This document shows, one piece after another, positions 50,754 through 57,382 of a DNA stretch of 57,382 bases. The position numbers and the translations under genes were made by a program. Below the pieces are notes generated by a model that searched no databases, had not been told where the DNA came from, and saw only the letters and a list, made by a program, of their open reading frames with translations. Numbering within the stretch: the first letter of the stretch is position 1; each line of letters starts with the position of its first letter. Source of the DNA: Octopus sinensis (taxonomy: Eukaryota); contig NW_021833628.1 of the NCBI RefSeq assembly GCF_006345805.1, forward strand, positions 1 to 57,382, given 5' to 3'.

Positions 50754-50865
50754 TATATACATACATATATATATATATTATATTATATATATTATATATA
50801 TATATATATAATATATATAGATATATAATATATATACAGATATATATCTATATCTATCTATCTAT

Positions 50866-51070
50866 GTGACCTCAGGTGTACCGTTAGTGATTCTTTTCCT
50901 CTGTTTTCCCTTCTCTGGAACTTTCCTTCTTCTATGTTTCCGACGAAGGGCTCCGCTCGAAACGTTAAATCTTCCTTCTTTCCTTCTTTCCTGAGCGTCC
51001 AATAATACTATATTTGTTCCACGTCCTCGCGTTGTTGTGTTTTTTTTGTGCTTTCTTGTTTGGATTAACT
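50866..51070 (+). mobile_element. ~205-bp pyrimidine-rich non-autonomous element carrying a minimal hammerhead (PLE pLTR-like)
   Basis: Starts after (TCTA)n, ends TTTGGATTAACT; a second fragment lies at 47529-47600. Confidence 0.6.
50935..50970 (+). ncRNA. Candidate minimal type I hammerhead, U4C core variant
   Basis: TTT-CCGACGA-A-GGGC TCC GCTC-GAA-ACGT-T-AAA: helix II is 4 bp, helix III is the ACGT palindrome, helix I is 3 bp plus G.U; core reads CCGACGA rather than CUGANGA. Confidence 0.55.
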
Positions 51071-51126
51071 TTATGCCCCAGCATGGCCACAGCTCATTAG
51101 CTGAAACTGGAAAAATCAAAATCATA

Positions 51127-51506
51127 CTAGCAGTATTGCCCGGCGTTGCTCGGGTTTGTAAGGGAAATAACTATATAATGATTTTTAGAGATGTAAAGTA
51201 TAATAGCCATCTCAATATGGCTAACCACAAAGGGGAGTGTTACTGTAGCTTTTTACGTTCTGAGATTTAATAATACATTTTTAGAGAGTTACTTCCCTTA
51301 TATAATATCAAAAAATGCATTAAAAATGGGAAAAATGATGGTAAATTTTTTTTTAAATCGTAGACTCATCGTAGACGCGCGCTAATACCCAGGGTTCGAT
51401 ATGAATCCCGACTATAAGATACCCGCTTTTGGTTACATTGCACCGCAAAATGTGGGAGTAGTTAGGAATCTAAGTCGTAGGAGACAGACACTTTTATATA
51501 TAAAGA
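51127..51506 (-). mobile_element. Non-autonomous Helitron with a substituted internal segment
   Basis: TA|CTAGCAGTATTGCCCGGCGTTGCTCGGG ... CTTTTATATATAAAGA|T; same family as 15205-15589. Confidence 0.9.
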
Positions 51507-52315
51507 TATTCTTTTATTTGTTTCAGTAATCTGACTGGTCCATGCTAGAGCACTGTCTTTAGTCGAACAAATCCGACTCAGGACTTATTGAAGGCTAGAA
51601 GATGGGGGTATGAGATGAAGAAATACATGCGCACATTCACATAACAACGATGCAGTTGGTGGCGTTTCTGTTGTGTAGCATACAGCTCTGATTAAGAAAA
51701 CGTATATGAAAAGCAATGGTGCCGTCACGGATCGCCTTTTGACCTATTAGGATGTTGCTCGAGAGATGTTTGGCTGCTATTTCTTGTAGGCCTAATCTTG
51801 TAGATTACCTAACTGCGCCCTCGTCCTTGTACTGTTAATAATACTTGCGCTATTGTTATTCTATAACCACAGGCCAGCTCAGACAGAGATGACTTATGAG
51901 GAGAAGCATTCCAACCGTGACCATTTCGTCTCACTTTCATTTCGTATGCATCCAAGCTCTATTGATCGATGTTGTCTTTGCCCGATCTAAGTGAAATTTG
52001 ACTGCTATTTTTCCCCCAATGAGCAACCACATGCAGGCTCTTCACGTCAGTTGATAACTACATTATCGAAGGTAGTAGTGGTTGTGGTGGTACTAGTAGC
52101 GTGTAGTTTGTAGTTCGTCATCCAATATGGTCAGTGGTGGTGTATCGATACGGACAGAAATGTGGTGTGGTATACGCAGTGTTTGCATCGCTAAGCGCTC
52201 AGAATTATCTCATTTTCATGTCCAATCAAGCCGCCATCACTCAGCTGAAACGCCGCCTCATATTTCACCGTCTCTCTCTACTTTCACATTACACTTCTCG
52301 ACCCGTTCATTTATT

Positions 52316-52545
<230 letters not shown>

Positions 52546-52650
52546 CCGCATGCATGTAAATATATATGATGTAAGTATATATATTTTCATATATGCTATA
52601 CATCTATAGACACACGGGTGTGTTTGTGTGTGTGTGTATATATATATATA

Positions 52651-52942
52651 TCACGTGATCACGTGACCGACCAGACCATCAGATATTGCTACACATCGCT
52701 CGTCACAATGTGTTCGCATTGTTTTAGCCTTCGAATGACGCCACCCCACTGGCTAAGCGAGCAGGCCAACAGACGAAAGAGTGAGTGAAAGAGTACAGCA
52801 GAGATCACCATCCCCTGCCGGAACCTCGTGGAGCTTTTAGGTGTTTTCGCTCAATAAACACTCACAACGCCCGGTCTGGGAATCGAAACCGCGATTCTAC
52901 GATCGCGAGTCCGCTGCCCTAACCACTGGGCCACTGCGCCTC

Positions 52943-52943
<1 letters not shown>
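52651..52943 (-). mobile_element. tRNA-headed SINE, family D, ending in (TCACGTGA)2
   Basis: Minus strand: GGAGGCGCAGTGGCCCAGTGGTTAGGGCAGCGG (A box) ..GGTTTCGATTCC (B box)... GGTCGG-TCACGTGATCACGTGA. Confidence 0.8.
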
Positions 52944-52973
<30 letters not shown>

Positions 52974-53726
52974 GTCTCTGTCAGAGTGGCATTCCAGTGT
53001 ACATCATCTTCAAGAAGACCTCTGAGATGGCAAGCCTGGCAATGTTTGACATACTGTGTTATCAACCCTACGTAATGCTGTAAATGGGTCCCTTGACATG
53101 CTCCCTAGAAGCCGTAGATAGTAGCACTCATAGTAGTTGGTATGAACAACATAGACTCTGCCAAGTGTGTCTGATTTCTTGATTCGTGGATGACGTGTGG
53201 GTGCTCCAAGTGCACGTCTTTTCCATTTGTTTTGGCACCAGGTATAGAATTGTAGAACTTCATTGCATAGAAGTCTTATAGCAAATTCTTCATCTTGACA
53301 CAGCTTGAAGAATGCTGTGAGTATGGTATTTTGGGGAGCTTCCTTTTGTAGTTGGACTGTGTCTGTCAGTGTGCTTCTCTGAGATGGAGGATAATGTCAC
53401 GCTTGTCATGTTTCTTGCCCAACCAGAAGCACAGCTATTTCATTTGCTGTTGGGGTATCAAACCTCCCTTCATGTTGACCAGATTGTTTCTTGTCTGATC
53501 TGATAACTACCTTGTAATCCAGTAAGTCAGGTGGAATTTTTTCAAATACAGTCTTGAAGCTTCTGATCAGGTTGTCGTTATGCAGCATCTTTTGCAGAGA
53601 CACTACCCAGAAATGTTCTGGCACTTCTCTTGCCCTTCTTGAGAATTTTGGCGATTCATTTGACAGAGGTAGTAGAGAGCCAATCTGATGATAAATCTGA
53701 CCTTTGACCCTGAAAGTTTGCATAAA
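52974..53726 (-). pseudogene. Helitron RepHel remnant with the Rep catalytic core deleted
   Basis: FMQTFRVKGQIYHQIGSLLP..LQKMLHNDNLIRSFKT..YKVVIRSDK..EGRFDTPTANEIAVLLVG..KRDIIL (pre-Rep region) is joined to LTAFFKLCQ..FYTW..LGRVY..ECYYLRLL..VKGP..GLLEDDVHWNATLTE (Rep-helicase linker). Confidence 0.85.
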
Positions 53727-54179
53727 CGCACATACACGCACGCATGTAATTAAAAAAGTTCAAACGGGGACTTATTTCATTCAGTATCATGTTTATTGTA
53801 CAGATTATGTAACAAATTATACTTTACACTTTACACTTTTATGCTTAACTGTGCGTGTATATTCCTCGTTTTTACTTCTGGTGTCTTCTACGTTTGTATC
53901 AGAAATGATTACCCGGGAATTTATTGAAATTGAAAAAAAAAAAAAAATTATTTGCAACAGATAAGAGATCTAGTTTTTTCAATGGGAAAGATTAGATCCC
54001 AGATAAGTCGTCTTAGTAGCATATTTCTGTGTACCAGATCATTAGATGTTATTTTTAGCATAACGAGTTTTCTGGTGAGGGTTTCATTTGCCTTCATTGC
54101 CTGTTTATTGATTCAGTAGAAATCCACGGATGCACAAACGCACAAAACGGAGAAAATGAAACAAATATGGACCACTTGT

Positions 54180-54452
54180 TAGGAAACATCCCCGAGTGGG
54201 GAGCAGGTATCAAAAGTAGCCCCTATTGTTTTCCCCAAAGTTCTTAGTCCGAGGTATATTTGTCGAGAATTTCATTAAAGAATATACATTTTCTTGAAAA
54301 TGAAGACGAACTGAAATTCCCCACCCTCTCCTAAAACACTTACCCACAAAATTTTGTATATTCGGAGAAGTGGGGAGGGGGTTGTAGAAATCTGTAGTTA
54401 TGCCGACAAATTTGACACTTTCCTCGTAGGTATCGTTATATAAGTATACAGA
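54180..54452 (-). mobile_element. Possible Helitron-type 5' terminal segment
   Basis: Minus strand begins A|TCTGTATACTTATATAACG, resembling the 5' ends of the other Helitrons here; no further support. Confidence 0.3.
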
Positions 54453-55053
54453 TATACACGAGTGCAGAAGATAGTAAACAATGAAAAAACTTGGTAACGG
54501 AAATTATGTTTCTTAATACGACGGGCAGAAAAATAAACAAGCAATTTTAACGGAAAATAAAGTATTCTACGGGTCGAAGCGAAATTTGTCAGTCAGTGAA
54601 CCGAAGAGCCAGTATGGAAGGAACCAGAAAGAAACCGTTAACAACAGAGAAGCACAAAACCGTACGGAATGAAATGAAATTTATGAAGATACTTATGTCA
54701 GTCAATTATGAAATTACTTACATCAGTAATTATGAACTTCTTTTTGTCAGTAATTTGTGGTAATTTGAGATATAGATAGAGATATATATTACAGAGATAG
54801 AGATTGATAGAAAGAGATGGATAGAGAGATATACATAAAGAGATATGTTACGTCACTGACGCTAGTACACCGGGAGTAAATATTTTTAAAACTTTCAAAT
54901 ACGTGAACATAATATAAAATGCAATATTTTTGATAATTTTTAATAGAAAAATCAAATGAACAGCCTATAAATTGTCCGAGGTAGAATTATTTATGCATCA
55001 GGAGTATAGAAGCAATTGGTGAAGCCATTTCACGTGAAATACGCACACATCTC

Positions 55054-55122
<69 letters not shown>

Positions 55123-55437
55123 GTGGTGTGTGTGTGTGTGGTGTGTGTGTGTGGTGTGTGTGTACACATATATATATACATGTATGTATGTAAATGTATG
55201 TATATACACACACGCATATATATTTATATATATATATATGTACGCACATGACCACAACCAGAAACACACGTACTTGGATATACACACTAACCAAAATCAT
55301 ACACACTTGCATGTGTGTGTGCATATGTATATATACGCATTTATACGTATGTATATGTAAGTATAAAAAAATTTGTCAAATACACAGTTCCATATATATA
55401 TATATATATCTGCCTTCAGGTTGTAAAATATATATAA

Positions 55438-55499
<62 letters not shown>

Positions 55500-55502
<3 letters not shown>

Positions 55503-55805
55503 AATGTATGAATGTATGTATGTATGTATGTATTTATGGATGTATATATCTATATATATATACATGTATATATGTATATATGTATATGTGTATTTATGTA
55601 TGTATATGCATGAATGGATGTATGCAAGTATGTATTATATGTATGCATGTATGTATGTATGTATGCATGTATGTATGTATGTATGTATGTATGTATGTAT
55701 GTATGTATGTATGTATGTATGTATGTATGTATGTATGTATGTATGTATGTATGTATGTATGTATGTATGTATGTATGTATGTATGTATGTATGCATGTAT
55801 GCATG
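55500..55805. repeat. (TATG)n microsatellite
   Basis: Seen directly. Confidence 0.95.
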
Positions 55806-56673
55806 TTTGCAGGCAGCTGTATGTTTGTATGTTTTCATATATACAAACACCCGCGCACACACATACACATACAAATGCACATACACATATACATGTGCAG
55901 AGTACCCTCAATTCACTATTTCGTTTGCACAATCTGACGAATATAAATACACACGCATGCGTATACATCTGCTTCTGCAAGCGCTTGTGTATCACATCTT
56001 TGGATAGCGTCTTTGGGCCTAGCTGTAGACGGTGCGCATGCATTCTCGTTCTTCATACAAACAATACCTGCATGCACTCACCAGTCTCTCTAATGCGTAT
56101 GCATGCATGCATGCATATGTGTGTATGTGTGTGCATGTGAGTGCGTGTGTAGTAAACATGCCTGCAAGAGAAGAAGAAGAACAACAACAACACGAACAGG
56201 AACAAGGGCGAAAAACATGCTAACTTGGAAATAGTTCAGCAAAATAGGAGAGGCACAAGCACAACGACTACAGCGAACACATTTGGCAGAGCTGTCTAAA
56301 TTCAGAAGACACGAATGTGTACGAATGATTAATGTGTCCTTTGAAAGAACCACGGAAAAGTTTGTAATTGCTGATATCAAGCTAGCGCTGCAAGCAACGA
56401 GTCCTGAAAGATGTCACAGCTTATAGTAATTATCTTTAACTCGCAAAATCTATTGAGGCTTTAATGCTGCTGCTGCTGTTACTATGCTGCTGCTGCTGCT
56501 GCTATTGATGAGGATGATTATGATAATGATGGTAGTGCTGCTGCTGGTGGTGGTGGTGGTGGTGGTGTTTTGAAGGAATAGCGCATGTGCATGAGTGTGT
56601 TGTTCTTTGTGGTGTGTGCGTTTGTGTGTTTGTGTTTGAGGCTTTCCCTGTCTTTCAGTCCATCGCACTCTTT

Positions 56674-56716
<43 letters not shown>

Positions 56717-56890
56717 CACACACAGACGCACACATACAAGCACACTCTCTCGTGTTCTCTCTCTCACTCCCTCATTTTCCTGTCGTTATGTATGTACATA
56801 TGTGTTCATGTGTGCATATGAGTGCAAATTATCTATTCATGCATTCTTCTCCAGCTCTCTCTCCCCTCTCTCTCTCTCTACCTATTTCTG

Positions 56891-56929
<39 letters not shown>

Positions 56930-56969
56930 TATCTATCTATTTGCTATCTATCTATCTATCTACTATCTA

Positions 56970-57011
<42 letters not shown>

Positions 57012-57382
57012 ATCTATGTTGTATAGTATATATATATATATATATATATCCATCATGTATGTATATATTATATATATATATATATATTATGGATGTATGT
57101 ATATGCATTGCGCTCAGATGTGTTCCTTGTCGCGAAGTCAGCTCATCAAGAATTCTAGATAGTAGAATGTCCAGTTTGCTTTTTGAAGACATCTATATCC
57201 CTATACCTTCACTACAAGTTCTCTTAAGTGCTTCAGCAGATTACTCAAAAGCTGCAAGCATTCGAACCCTAAGTTATTTTAGTATCTAGTTCGAAATCTC
57301 AATCGCAACAATGACATCATTGGCACAATGCAGTGGCGCCCTCTTCGGAGATTAGCATAGTATTCAATGCTAAATTTCGGTG

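Overview
This is AT-rich animal genomic DNA, very likely Octopus (coleoid cephalopod). That assignment is from my recollection of the SINE families and the extreme microsatellite load, not from a search. No host gene can be called with confidence, and nearly all entries in the ORF track are translations of microsatellites. The window is a graveyard of mobile DNA: a young RTE-clade LINE with a 357-aa open RT segment (9257-10413), two CR1-group LINE 3' ends, two Penelope-like (PLE) fragments (GIY-YIG end at 1394-1925, RT at 45932-46526), an internally deleted Helitron RepHel plus four non-autonomous Helitrons, a decayed DD41D Tc1/mariner, a mariner deletion-derivative family, and four tRNA-headed SINE families. 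The most interesting structure is a recurring PLE-linked system. Small type I hammerhead-ribozyme motifs with palindromic helix III and a GUU cleavage triplet occur at 2920-2980, 38562-38614 (minus), 38828-38880 and 50935-50970. Fold-back inverted repeats anchored on (TA)n tracts occur at 11677-11853, 18870-19062, 38363-39081 and 44772-44925. The 719-bp fold-back at 38363-39081 places a hammerhead on each strand. Some perfect palindromes and indel-rich tandem duplications could be assembly artefacts. A few weak host-exon candidates are noted.
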